NCBI GenBank assembly: GCA_963698715.1
Contig: CAVORW010000004.1
Coordinates: forward strand, 697,550 to 761,549
Direction of reading: 5' to 3'
Source: an uncultured Chloroflexia bacterium
Lineage (GTDB): Bacteria > Chloroflexota > Anaerolineae > Anaerolineales > UBA4823
DNA: 64,000 nt
In this document: piece by piece, positions 20,654 to 29,782 of the stretch
How positions within the stretch are numbered: the first letter of the stretch is position 1
How the letters are laid out: each line of letters opens with the position of its first letter
The notes under the pieces: generated by a model
Seen by the model: the letters and a program-made list of their open reading frames with translations, nothing else
The model's database searches: none
Told to the model about the DNA's origin: nothing
Made by a program: the position numbers and the translations under genes

Positions 20654-20734
20654 AATACCTCCATTTGGATCCAGTCTGATGCGCCTATGCCATTACCTGA
20701 ACACAGGCAAGGATGGAGCTATATCCGTTAAAGG

Positions 20735-20765
20735 ATATGTCCCAGCGGAAACCGCTGGGACATAT
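20735..20765 (-). terminator. Hairpin terminator after the fused SBP gene
   Basis: ATATGTCCCAGCGG AAA CCGCTGGGACATAT, 20 nt below the stop at 20786. Weak U-tract. Confidence 0.5.
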
Positions 20766-20785
20766 ATTTGTAAATTCGGTAGCTG

Positions 20786-23191
20786 CTATTCGCCCAGGCC
20801 TTCCAGGGTCAGGCCAGCCAGTTCAACCATTTGGCGGACGACGTCGTATTCTTCGTCTATGGCAGGGTTAATGCCTGTCCAGCCATAGAAATCCTGGCTG
20901 CCGATTGAAGCGTTCCAGGCGTCGGTTTGCGCGAACGCAACCAGCGCGGCGGAGATTTGCTCGCGCAAATCAGCCGGGAATTCCGGTCCGAAGGACAGCG
21001 TGTCATTCGGGATCTCAGGCGAGATCGTCAGGATGCGAACTTTCTGGACAATGTCAGGAGCTTCCTGTCGCAGGCCTGCTCGAGCATCCAGAACACGCCA
21101 GCCGTCACACATCAGTCGGCTGCCGTCATCATTGGGCGCGCACGATGGGATCAGGTCGGCCGGGATTTCGGGATCATCGCCAACAGCCCAGGCGGGCTCG
21201 CCTTCAGGCTTAAGCGGCGGGGAGAAGAAAACACTGCCGAAATCGGCTTCGCCATTATAGATCGCACGGACAACGCCGGTATGGCCACCGGCTTCCAGCG
21301 TCTCGCCAGCCGAAATGCCGGCCTCAGCCAGCATCGGCAGGATGGCCAAGTAGCCGGAGGTTGACCCTGGATCAGGGTAAGCCCATTTCAAACCATCCAG
21401 GTCGGCCAGGGTTTTGGCCTCGCTGTCAGAGGGCACTATGATCTGCGCCCAGTAAACGTCCCAACCGAAGCGCACAGCCTTGAAAGCCACATCCACGCCA
21501 CATAGCTGGTTAGCCAGGACATAACCCAGGCCAGGGATGAAGCCCATCGTATCGGTGGGCGAGGCGCACATCTCTTCGATGGTGGCAGCGTAGGAGGTCG
21601 GGACACTGACCTCGAACTCCAGGCCGGTGGCCTCTTTGAGGGCAGCAGCCATGACTTCACCACCGGTAGTGATCACCTGCGAATCAACCGATGGGACGAA
21701 GAGCACCTTGATCGGGTTTTCGGTAGTACCGATCGGGACAGCCGTAGGCGCAGGCGGCTCAGTCGGTACAGGGGTGGGCAGCGGCGAGGTCATTTGCTCA
21801 GATAGAATATCATCCGATTCAACATCCAGGGCAGCCAGGGTGCTGGCGACATCATCGCCATTGGCAATGGCAGCCATCGCTTCACCAACTTTGACGCGCA
21901 CAAAGTCGTATCCAGGCACAGGCGGCTCATAGTAGCCGTACTTCAGCATGTCAAAGGCAGTCTTGTAAGCAGGGTCGGATGCGAAGTAATCTGCCAGACC
22001 ATTTGCTACGCTCTCACGCACCGGGAAGTATTGGGAGACTTCCGCCCAGCGAGCCTGAACATCAGGGTCGGTATAGTATTTGAGGAACAGCCAGGAAGCC
22101 AGTTCGGCTTCGGGCGTGCTGACAGGCATGCTGACGCTGGCGCCGTAAATATTCATGACAGGTTCTGCAGTGGTATGCGGGATAGCTGCCACGCTCCACT
22201 CAAAGTTAGCGCCACCCGCCTCAACGGCGGAGCGGTAAAAGGGCAAGCCAGAGCTGGAGCCAACTGCAAAGAGCAGCTTGCCGGTTCCGAAGTCAGTCTG
22301 GTCCCCATAGCTTTCGGTCACGATGCTGGCGCAGCCATCATTGAACATGCCTTGCAGGAAGGTCATGGCGGCGACGGCGGCATCACTATCGTAGGTATAT
22401 TCACTGGTGTTGTAATCGAAAATATCGCCGCCAAAAGCAAACGTGAAGCTGGCAAAACGGGAAGCATCAACACTTAATTCATACCCAATGCTGCCTTCTA
22501 CAACTGCTCCTGAGAAGGGCTGCTCTGCGGCTTTGCAAGCCATTTCCTTAAACTCTTCGGGGGTGGTTGGGGGTCCGTCATAGCCGAGCTCAGCCAGCCA
22601 GTCGGCATTGTAATACAGCACTTCCATAGAGCGGTTGGGGGGCCATCCAAGGCGAGCGTTGCCGTAGGTGGGGAATACGTCCTGAGTGAAAAAGCCCGGG
22701 AAGAAATCGGCTTGATCTGCTTCGCTCAGCCCCCATTTGGGGCTGTTCACCATGCTGGTCATATCCACCAGGCCATCAACTAGCTGATATGTTGCCGCCT
22801 GGTTCTGGTAAGCAACCACCAGGTGTGGGGCATCCGGCGTATTCAGCACACCCAACATTTTGTTGAAGATGTCACTGTATCCACCCTGATATTCAGCTAC
22901 GACCGTGATACCATATTCGTTGCTGGCATTGAAGTCGGCAACAATTTCTTGAAGGGCTGTCTCACGATCACGCGTGTGCTGGTGCCAGAAAATGACTGTC
23001 TGCCCGGAAGGATCAACGTCTGCCCAGGGATCAGTCGGCGCAGCCGGAGCTTCAGTTTCTTGAGCCGCCGGCGCTTCTGGCGGTGTCGTGGCTTCAGCGG
23101 GCGGTTCCGGCGTAGCCGGGGCGCAGGCCGACAGTACCATTGCTAAAGTCATCAGTAGTGCAAATATGGTAGACCAAGTTTTTTTATTCAT
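20786..23191 (-). CDS. 801-aa lipoprotein fusing a family-1 (sugar-type) SBP with a PhnD-like (phosphonate-type) SBP domain
   Basis: MNKKTWSTIFALLMTLAMVLSACAP lipobox. The N-terminal half is paralogous to 25793..27247. A Pro/Thr linker (PLPTPVPTEPPAPTAVP) follows. The C-terminal half, IKVLFVPSVDSQ...LDGLKWAYPDPGSTSGYL...GEADFGSV, is PhnD-like. Confidence 0.8.
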   Translation of the reverse strand: MNKKTWSTIFALLMTLAMVLSACAPATPEPPAEATTPPEAPAAQETEAPAAPTDPWADVDPSGQTVIFWHQHTRDRETALQEIVADFNASNEYGITVVAEYQGGYSDIFNKMLGVLNTPDAPHLVVAYQNQAATYQLVDGLVDMTSMVNSPKWGLSEADQADFFPGFFTQDVFPTYGNARLGWPPNRSMEVLYYNADWLAELGYDGPPTTPEEFKEMACKAAEQPFSGAVVEGSIGYELSVDASRFASFTFAFGGDIFDYNTSEYTYDSDAAVAAMTFLQGMFNDGCASIVTESYGDQTDFGTGKLLFAVGSSSGLPFYRSAVEAGGANFEWSVAAIPHTTAEPVMNIYGASVSMPVSTPEAELASWLFLKYYTDPDVQARWAEVSQYFPVRESVANGLADYFASDPAYKTAFDMLKYGYYEPPVPGYDFVRVKVGEAMAAIANGDDVASTLAALDVESDDILSEQMTSPLPTPVPTEPPAPTAVPIGTTENPIKVLFVPSVDSQVITTGGEVMAAALKEATGLEFEVSVPTSYAATIEEMCASPTDTMGFIPGLGYVLANQLCGVDVAFKAVRFGWDVYWAQIIVPSDSEAKTLADLDGLKWAYPDPGSTSGYLAILPMLAEAGISAGETLEAGGHTGVVRAIYNGEADFGSVFFSPPLKPEGEPAWAVGDDPEIPADLIPSCAPNDDGSRLMCDGWRVLDARAGLRQEAPDIVQKVRILTISPEIPNDTLSFGPEFPADLREQISAALVAFAQTDAWNASIGSQDFYGWTGINPAIDEEYDVVRQMVELAGLTLEGLGE

Positions 23192-23353
23192 CTGGTCTTT
23201 CTCCTCCATTAAGATTAAACGAAATTTGTGTGTAAGATATTTTATTTTCAACTGCCTTCTCTTCTTCTATTTGGTCACAGTTCGATGATCAGCCTCCTTT
23301 TTACGGTCTCTGAGATAGCGTTTGACCTTGACAACTCTGGCCTGGACTTTATA

Positions 23354-24265
23354 TTACCCCTTCAAGCCGGTCGTGGCGATGCCCTCAGTAAATTGCTTTT
23401 GAGTCAAGAAGTAAATGATTAAAATCGGAATCACTGTAATGACAGCCCCTGCCATCAATAAGTTCGTTTCCGGGCCGGCTTCGCTTACGAATGTCCACAG
23501 TCCAACCATCAGCGGCCGCCAGGTTTCGCGGGTTGTCACCAGCAGTGGCCAGAGAAACGCATTCCAAGAACCAATAAAGGCAAAGATCAGCACGGTCAGG
23601 ATCGGTGCTTTGCTGATCGGGAGCACAATCTGGATCAAGAAGCGGAGATGGCCGGATCCATCTATCCGAGCCGCATCCCATAATTCGTCCGGGATCTTAA
23701 CAAAGAACTGCCGTAACAGGAAAATACTGAAGGCGTTTGCCATGAAAGGCACGGTTAGCGCCTGTAAAGAATTCAACCAGGAACCGCCCGGTAAAGGTAA
23801 AATATCGCCTCGGATCATCAAAAAATTGGGGATCATGGTGATTGATTCGGGGATCATCATCGTACTGAGCAACAGCGCAAATAGCAGGTCGCGCCCAAAA
23901 AATTTAATCCGGCCAAAAGCATATCCAGCCAGGATCGAAGTGGTCAGCAAACCAGCGATCGTCGTCCCGGTTACAACCACACTGTTTAAAAAGTAACGGG
24001 CAAATCTGGCCTCGGTCCAGGCTTCAATATAATTGGCAAATTGGGGAGATTTGGGCAGCCACTGGCGGTTAATGGTTTCGCCCAAACTCATCAGCGAAGT
24101 GGATACCATCCAGAAGAACGGAACTACAGCCAAGACAGCGCCCAGAATCAAAAGCAAATACATCAAAAGGCGCGCAGGGCGGAATATAACCGGAGCTGGG
24201 CTGGCCTTAGAAAGGGACGCACTTCGCTCTTGAATTTGATCTTCGATTTGGAAGGTATCAGCCAT
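23354..24265 (-). CDS. Carbohydrate ABC transporter permease (MalG-like)
   Basis: Six TM segments, EAA-type loop DAARIDGSGHLRFLIQIVLP. The ATG overlaps the upstream stop by 8 nt. Confidence 0.9.
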   Translation of the reverse strand: MADTFQIEDQIQERSASLSKASPAPVIFRPARLLMYLLLILGAVLAVVPFFWMVSTSLMSLGETINRQWLPKSPQFANYIEAWTEARFARYFLNSVVVTGTTIAGLLTTSILAGYAFGRIKFFGRDLLFALLLSTMMIPESITMIPNFLMIRGDILPLPGGSWLNSLQALTVPFMANAFSIFLLRQFFVKIPDELWDAARIDGSGHLRFLIQIVLPISKAPILTVLIFAFIGSWNAFLWPLLVTTRETWRPLMVGLWTFVSEAGPETNLLMAGAVITVIPILIIYFLTQKQFTEGIATTGLKG

Positions 24266-25436
24266 AGAACACCTTATCGCCAAAGATCTTATTCTGGGCA
24301 AAAGTCAGCGCAAGGATAATAAAGAACAGGATAATCGCCTGGGCTGCTGCATAACCATATTGATTGGCTTTATAAAATGTATCAAAAATCGTCACGCTGG
24401 CAACATCCACCGTGCCTTGAGCCGATGGCACCCGCATCACATAGATATGGTTGAAAGCTTTAAATGTGCCAATGAAGGCAATCAGGGCCAGGTAGAAGGT
24501 CACTGGTGAGAGCAAAGGGACCGTGATATAGCGGAATAACTGCCATTTCCCGGCGCCATCGATCTCGGCTGCTTCATACAGCTCCCCTGGGATCGAGCCC
24601 AATCCCGCCAGGAAAATCACCGTGTTGTATCCAACATACGTCCAGATCCCGAAGAAGATAACCGAGACCAGCGCCATACTCGGGCCCGCCAGAAATCCCT
24701 CGAGATCCTGGAGTTTTAAAATAATTTCGTTGATCGGACGCGGTTCGAACAACCACTTCTGGGGTTCAATATTCAACCAGGAAAGGACAATATTCGACAG
24801 GGAAGTCTCGCGTGGGCTAAAAATAGTTCGGAAGACCACCGCAGCTGCCACAACCGGCGTAATATAGGGTAAGAAGTACAGCATTCGGAAAAACTCCTGG
24901 CCTTTTATCTTCTGAAACAAGATATAAGCCAGGATTAAAGCAAAGAGCAATTCGGCCGGGACCGTACCCAGGGCATAGAAAAATGTGATGGGCAAAGAAT
25001 CTAGAAAACTCGTATCACCAGCCTCCATCATTCTTTGCCAGCCTACCGGTATAACCAGGCCCGATCCAATCAGTATCAAAGCTGCCAGCAGCCTGATTAC
25101 CAAGGATCGATCATCCTGAGAACGCAAAGCGCTGTTCCAGACAAGATAGGCTATAAATAAAAGTGCAAACCCGACCAAAAAAATCAGAACGCCCATCCAA
25201 TCCCCCAGGGCTTTATGATAATTTTCAATACCAATAAAGGAGCCTTTTCGAACCCGCCAGCTATAGGTGCTCATGTAAAAAGCGTAGCCAATCGGGAAAA
25301 AACCAAATATCGTGATGATAAGGAAGGCCGGCAGGATAAATAAGTACCCGGTAATGTGTTCTTTTATATCGATCCAGCGCCTCTGCCTGCGCTTTGGCTG
25401 TCCGAGACTTGATTGAGGCATTGATGTAGTTGTCAA
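24258..25436 (-). CDS. Carbohydrate ABC transporter permease (MalF-like)
   Basis: EAAEIDGAGKWQLFRYITVPLL loop. TTG start 6 nt after GGAGG. Confidence 0.85.
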   Translation of the reverse strand: MTTTSMPQSSLGQPKRRQRRWIDIKEHITGYLFILPAFLIITIFGFFPIGYAFYMSTYSWRVRKGSFIGIENYHKALGDWMGVLIFLVGFALLFIAYLVWNSALRSQDDRSLVIRLLAALILIGSGLVIPVGWQRMMEAGDTSFLDSLPITFFYALGTVPAELLFALILAYILFQKIKGQEFFRMLYFLPYITPVVAAAVVFRTIFSPRETSLSNIVLSWLNIEPQKWLFEPRPINEIILKLQDLEGFLAGPSMALVSVIFFGIWTYVGYNTVIFLAGLGSIPGELYEAAEIDGAGKWQLFRYITVPLLSPVTFYLALIAFIGTFKAFNHIYVMRVPSAQGTVDVASVTIFDTFYKANQYGYAAAQAIILFFIILALTFAQNKIFGDKVFYG

Positions 25437-25598
25437 TACATACCTCCCCGTCGTTCGCGGCCCAAAGCATCCAAAATCACAGTAAGCTTAATGCCTGATG
25501 ATCCAAGAGAATTGGTCCAATGAAAATGCTAGAGGTTATCCCAACTCATTATAAAACAAAAAACTCAAAGTGTGAAATATCAGGCCATAAAAAGTGCG

Positions 25599-25674
25599 CT
25601 AAATGGTCTTTTCGGCACGTCACTTAAGAAAAAAGAGCTTGTGTTTGCAAAGAACTTAGCGAAAGAACCACTAA
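25599..25674 (+). repeat. Bipartite intergenic cassette, copy C (no nested palindrome)
   Basis: CTAAATGGTCTTTTCGGCACGTCACTTAAGAAAAAAGAG | CTTGTGTTTGCAAAGAACTTAGCGAAAGAACCACTAA. About 95% identical to the two halves of copy B. Confidence 0.8.
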
Positions 25675-25792
25675 TGCGTGCACTTAAATGTTGTAGATGA
25701 TAAACTTGGGAAACGCTTACAGGTCTCAGCTCACAGCTCAGCCATAATCGCTGCGTACGAACCGACCTGACCGAAATATCGGGAGAAATAAG

Positions 25793-27247
25793 TTGCTGCT
25801 TTCTTTGCATAATAAAATTAACCACCGCCAATCGTTGTGCTTAGGACTGATCTGGCTGGTACTTATCCTGGCAGCTTGCCAGGCAAATGTGCCTGCTCCC
25901 GATAGCACATCTACAGCGCCAGCCGGAACCGTCATACCTACACCCGCTCAGAAAACTGTCACGACGCCAACCCACGCGCCAACCTCCGCACCCACCCCTG
26001 CCAGCACATTGGGGATCGACTCCCAGGAATTGGACGGCATCTCAGTTACTTTTTGGCATGTCTGGAACGAAATACCAGGCTCGGTACTTCAAGCCCTGGT
26101 TGCAGATTTCAACGCTCAGAATGAATGGGGCATCCGGGTCAACAGCCGCTATACGGGGACCTTTGATGAGCAATACGCCAGCGTCCTTGCAGCTCTCAAC
26201 ACGCCCGAACAGCCGGATATTGCTGTTGGTTATGTCTATCAGACGCTTGATTGGGATGCAAATGACCAGGTTGTCGATCTAAATCCATATGTGAATGATC
26301 CCATTTGGGGAATGGGGCCAGCCAGCGAGGATTTCTTGAGACCCTTCTGGGACTCCGATGTGGTGGCAGGAAAACGCCTGGGGATACCCGCCATGCGGAC
26401 TGGCCAGTATCTCTTTTACAATCAGACCTGGGCCAAGGAGCTGGGTTACGACACAGCGCCCAGCACGCCAACCCAGTTTCGGCAACAAGCCTGTGCAGCC
26501 GCCGATGCAAACCGGCAAGACGATGATCTGGACAATGATGGAACCGGTGGTTATATCTTGAGCATAGACTATAGCGTGATGCTGGCCTGGATTGGTGGGT
26601 TTGGCGGTGATGTTGTCGTCCCTTCAGACGGCGGCTACCAATTCGATACCCAATCCGTTCAAAACACTTTTCATTTTTTGAGAGATCTGTTCGATCGCGG
26701 CTGCGCTTGGCTGCCTGAAGACCAGCTGCCAGACACTGATTTTGCTTTTCGCCGTGGTCTGTTTGCTTCCGGCAGCCTGCTAGATGTTCCTGAACAATTT
26801 TACACTTTCAGCCAGACGCCCAACCGGGACCGCTGGACGCTGATTCCATACCCGTCTAATCAGGGTGCGCCGGTAGTAGACGTTTATGGACCGTCCTTCA
26901 GTGTATTGAAATCTTCTCCTGAGAGAGAATTGGCTGCCTGGTTGTTTATTCGCTGGCTGTCTGAGCCTGAAAATCAGATTCGTCTGACAGGCGCGACCTC
27001 CTCGCTGCCCCTGCGAGGCGATGCACAGCAATTGATGGAAACCAAGCCCCTCTCGCCCCAATGGCAGGCTGCAGTCGATGCAATTCAATACGCCCGAGCG
27101 GAGCCGGCAGTTCGCTCGTGGCTGAATGTGCGTTGGGCAGTAGCAGATGCAGCCACGCAGCTTTTCCGTTACTACTTCACCATCGATCAGGTACCCATGC
27201 TGATCGAGCTCCTCGACAATACTGCAAAGGAATTACACAATCGATGA
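25793..27247 (+). CDS. ABC-type extracellular solute-binding lipoprotein (family 1, sugar-type)
   Basis: TTG start after GGGAGA. Signal [14 protein letters not shown]. Body VTFWHVWNE...[13 protein letters not shown]. Confidence 0.8.
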   Translation: MLLSLHNKINHRQSLCLGLIWLVLILAACQANVPAPDSTSTAPAGTVIPTPAQKTVTTPTHAPTSAPTPASTLGIDSQELDGISVTFWHVWNEIPGSVLQALVADFNAQNEWGIRVNSRYTGTFDEQYASVLAALNTPEQPDIAVGYVYQTLDWDANDQVVDLNPYVNDPIWGMGPASEDFLRPFWDSDVVAGKRLGIPAMRTGQYLFYNQTWAKELGYDTAPSTPTQFRQQACAAADANRQDDDLDNDGTGGYILSIDYSVMLAWIGGFGGDVVVPSDGGYQFDTQSVQNTFHFLRDLFDRGCAWLPEDQLPDTDFAFRRGLFASGSLLDVPEQFYTFSQTPNRDRWTLIPYPSNQGAPVVDVYGPSFSVLKSSPERELAAWLFIRWLSEPENQIRLTGATSSLPLRGDAQQLMETKPLSPQWQAAVDAIQYARAEPAVRSWLNVRWAVADAATQLFRYYFTIDQVPMLIELLDNTAKELHNR

Positions 27248-27693
27248 CCTCCCATGCAGCTGAATTTCCTCACGTAGCGATCTACACCGATGGCGCCTGT
27301 TCCCCCAACCCCGGACCTGGGGGGTGGGCTGCTTTACTTAAGTTTAAAGATCAAGAAAAAACACTGACTGGGGTAGAGCGCCAAACCACGAACAATCGTA
27401 TGGAGCTCTCTGCTGCAGTTGCGGCATTGAAAGCGCTCAAACGACCTTGCCAGATTGACTTTTATACGGATTCAGAATATTTAAAACGGGGCATCACCGA
27501 ATGGCTGCCTGGTTGGCGTCGGCGAAATTGGCGCCGGAAAGCAGGTAGCCTGGCTAATGTGGATCTATGGCAAGCGCTGGATCAGGCTATTATGGAGCAC
27601 CAGATCAATTGGTATTGGGTGCGAGGGCATGCTGGCCATCCAGAAAACGAGCGCGTCGACCGGCTTGCCCGCCAAGCGATTCCAAGGCGGTAA
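27244..27693 (+). CDS. rnhA: Ribonuclease HI
   Basis: [23 protein letters not shown]...[11 protein letters not shown]...YTDSEYL...[19 protein letters not shown]. The ATG overlaps the SBP stop (ATGA). Confidence 0.9.
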   Translation: MTSHAAEFPHVAIYTDGACSPNPGPGGWAALLKFKDQEKTLTGVERQTTNNRMELSAAVAALKALKRPCQIDFYTDSEYLKRGITEWLPGWRRRNWRRKAGSLANVDLWQALDQAIMEHQINWYWVRGHAGHPENERVDRLARQAIPRR

Positions 27694-27712
27694 GCAAGTT
27701 CCGATTAAAATT

Positions 27713-28186
27713 TCAGGTTTCGGTCGTTTGGGCTGCATCCGCCATATTTAAGTCTGCCGTTTCTGCAGCTGGCTGTATTGGCCTGTCAGCGGCTGGACGT
27801 ACTTCAACATCCACCTGATCTTCCATTCGTATCTGGCCACGCAGAAAAGCGCCCTCTTCGGTTGCAAAGGCGGCTGTCACCACATTACCCCATACTCGCC
27901 CGGTTGCACGAATCTCGACTTTTTCCGCAGTGATATCCCCGCGCACTGCTCCAGCTACAATCACAACATTCGCTCGCAGGGTCTCGCAGGTAACCCGCCC
28001 TGTTTCGCCAACCACCAGCAGCCCGCGTAGCGCAATATCCCCTTCAAAAGCGCCCTCGATGCGTACCCCACCGCTGCCGCTCAAATCGCCATTCCAAATA
28101 ACCCCGGTTCCGAGCACTGAAGTAATCCGTTCAGTGGGGGCCGGCTGCTCAGGCTGAGGGGCCGGCTCAGCTCGCCTACGAAACAT
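27713..28186 (-). CDS. Bactofilin family cytoskeletal protein
   Basis: Repetitive beta-helix pattern GDLSGSGGVRIEGAFEGDIALRGLLVVGETGRV...AGAVRGDITAEKVEIRATGRVWGNV. Confidence 0.8.
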   Translation of the reverse strand: MFRRRAEPAPQPEQPAPTERITSVLGTGVIWNGDLSGSGGVRIEGAFEGDIALRGLLVVGETGRVTCETLRANVVIVAGAVRGDITAEKVEIRATGRVWGNVVTAAFATEEGAFLRGQIRMEDQVDVEVRPAADRPIQPAAETADLNMADAAQTTET

Positions 28187-28232
28187 ATCGTCTCCTCAAT
28201 TATTCACACCCGGCTTAGAAACTTACGCTAAG

Positions 28233-29015
28233 CTACTCAACCGCCTCAGGAATTCCCAGAATATTGTAACCCGAATCAACAAAAAGCACTTCACCGGTAA
28301 TTTTGGCCGCTAAATCAGAACATAAGAAAACCGCCGCCCCGCCCACATCCTCACTGGTTACATTCTCATGCAAAGGCGCAATTTCTGCAAACTGCCGGTA
28401 CATTGATTTAAACCCCGAAACACCGGCTGCCGCCAGGGTCCTGATAGGGCCAGCCGAAATGGCGTTTACCCGGACCTGATGTTTACCAAAATCATAAGCC
28501 AGGTAGCGCACTGAAGCTTCTAAAGCCGCTTTCGCCACACCCATAACATTGTAATTGGGCGACACTTTTTCAGCACCATAATAAGTCAGCGTGATCATAG
28601 CTCCACCGGGACGCAGCATGGGCTGGAATGCTTTGGCCAAAGCAGTGAAGGAATAAACGCTAATATCCATCGCCAGATGAAATCCAGCCCGGCTAGTGTT
28701 ATAGTACGGGCCGGTTAGTTCATCCCGGTTCGCAAAGGCTATCGCGTGTACCAAAATGTCGATTTCCCCGAAGGATTCCGCTGCCCGTGCCGCAACCTGC
28801 TTTATTTGCTCGTCGGAAGCAACGTCACAGGATTCGACAAAAGTACAGCCAATGGATTCCGCCAATGGGCGAACTCGACGCTCAAGGGCTTGCCCAGCAT
28901 AGCTCAACCCGAGCGTTGCTCCATGATCGTGAAAGGCTTTGGTTATTCCCCAAGCGATAGAACGTTCATTTGCAACCCCAAATACCAGGGCAGTTTTTCC
29001 ACTAAGCAAGCTCAT
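28233..29015 (-). CDS. fabI: Enoyl-ACP reductase (NADH), FabI
   Basis: [19 protein letters not shown]..., Y-x6-K region ([12 protein letters not shown]). GGAGG RBS. Confidence 0.9.
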   Translation of the reverse strand: MSLLSGKTALVFGVANERSIAWGITKAFHDHGATLGLSYAGQALERRVRPLAESIGCTFVESCDVASDEQIKQVAARAAESFGEIDILVHAIAFANRDELTGPYYNTSRAGFHLAMDISVYSFTALAKAFQPMLRPGGAMITLTYYGAEKVSPNYNVMGVAKAALEASVRYLAYDFGKHQVRVNAISAGPIRTLAAAGVSGFKSMYRQFAEIAPLHENVTSEDVGGAAVFLCSDLAAKITGEVLFVDSGYNILGIPEAVE

Positions 29016-29074
29016 GGTAGATCCTCCAATTTAACCTAACATCCAAAAGATAGCGGGGCGACAGTTTGTCACAC

Positions 29075-29689
29075 CTACCCCGCAGCCTCATCCAAGGCGG
29101 AAACTGCAGCCAAAAATCGCCAGGGTTTACTTTTCCATGGTTCAGGCACATTGTATAACCCCACTCTAGGGCCAGTAGTAACGCTGACATTAGAAATTGG
29201 TCGGCCGGCTTCTACCCAAAGTTTGCTGGTTGGCTCGCAGATATCTACACCATTAAACAATTTGTCGATCCCCAAGGCCTGGCAGATTTTCCCCGGACCA
29301 TCAGTCCAACGTCGGGCAGGTTGGGAACTGCGCCGGGCAGCAATTAATCCCAAGCCTTCCACCGGCAGAATGGAGCGAATCAAAACAGCGGCAGGATAGT
29401 CTTCTCGTTCAACTACAAAATTGAGCATCCAATGCATACCATAAGTAAAGTAGACATAGGCATGGCCAGGCGGTCCATACATCACCTGGGTACGTGCCGT
29501 ACGCCCGGCCTTACAATGGCAACCCAGATCATCTTCACCCCGGTAAGCTTCTGTTTCAATAATGATGCCGGCAATTCGTTGTTCCTGGTCGTAGCGTACC
29601 AGCCGCATACCCAGGAGTTCACGCGCCACTTGCAGCGCTGAGCGGTCGTAGAAATCACGCAGCAGAATCAAATTTTCATTCACTTTCAT
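29075..29689 (-). CDS. mpg: DNA-3-methyladenine glycosylase (Mpg/AAG family)
   Basis: FYDRSALQVARELLG..IIIETEAYRGEDDLGCH...GPPGHAYVYFTYGMHWMLN. Confidence 0.85.
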   Translation of the reverse strand: MKVNENLILLRDFYDRSALQVARELLGMRLVRYDQEQRIAGIIIETEAYRGEDDLGCHCKAGRTARTQVMYGPPGHAYVYFTYGMHWMLNFVVEREDYPAAVLIRSILPVEGLGLIAARRSSQPARRWTDGPGKICQALGIDKLFNGVDICEPTSKLWVEAGRPISNVSVTTGPRVGLYNVPEPWKSKPWRFLAAVSALDEAAG

Positions 29690-29782
29690 TCACTTTTTGG
29701 CCGGTTTTATCGTTCTCAGTGAAATCCCTTCGGGTAAACACATCTTTTTGCTCGCTTTACACATCATGCTTAATGAACAGGG

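Noticed and set aside
23415-23996. 193-aa plus-strand ORF (likewise 61136..61672, 53833..54372, 45206..45667, 12644..12953)
   Set aside because: All lie inside or antisense to genes with clear family signatures (permease, htpG, uvrA, TPR protein, T/P-rich gene). They are treated as frame shadows.
25610-25630. Sigma54 promoter inside the cassette (GGCACG-N4-TTAAG)
   Set aside because: The -12 GC dinucleotide is missing in all four copies.
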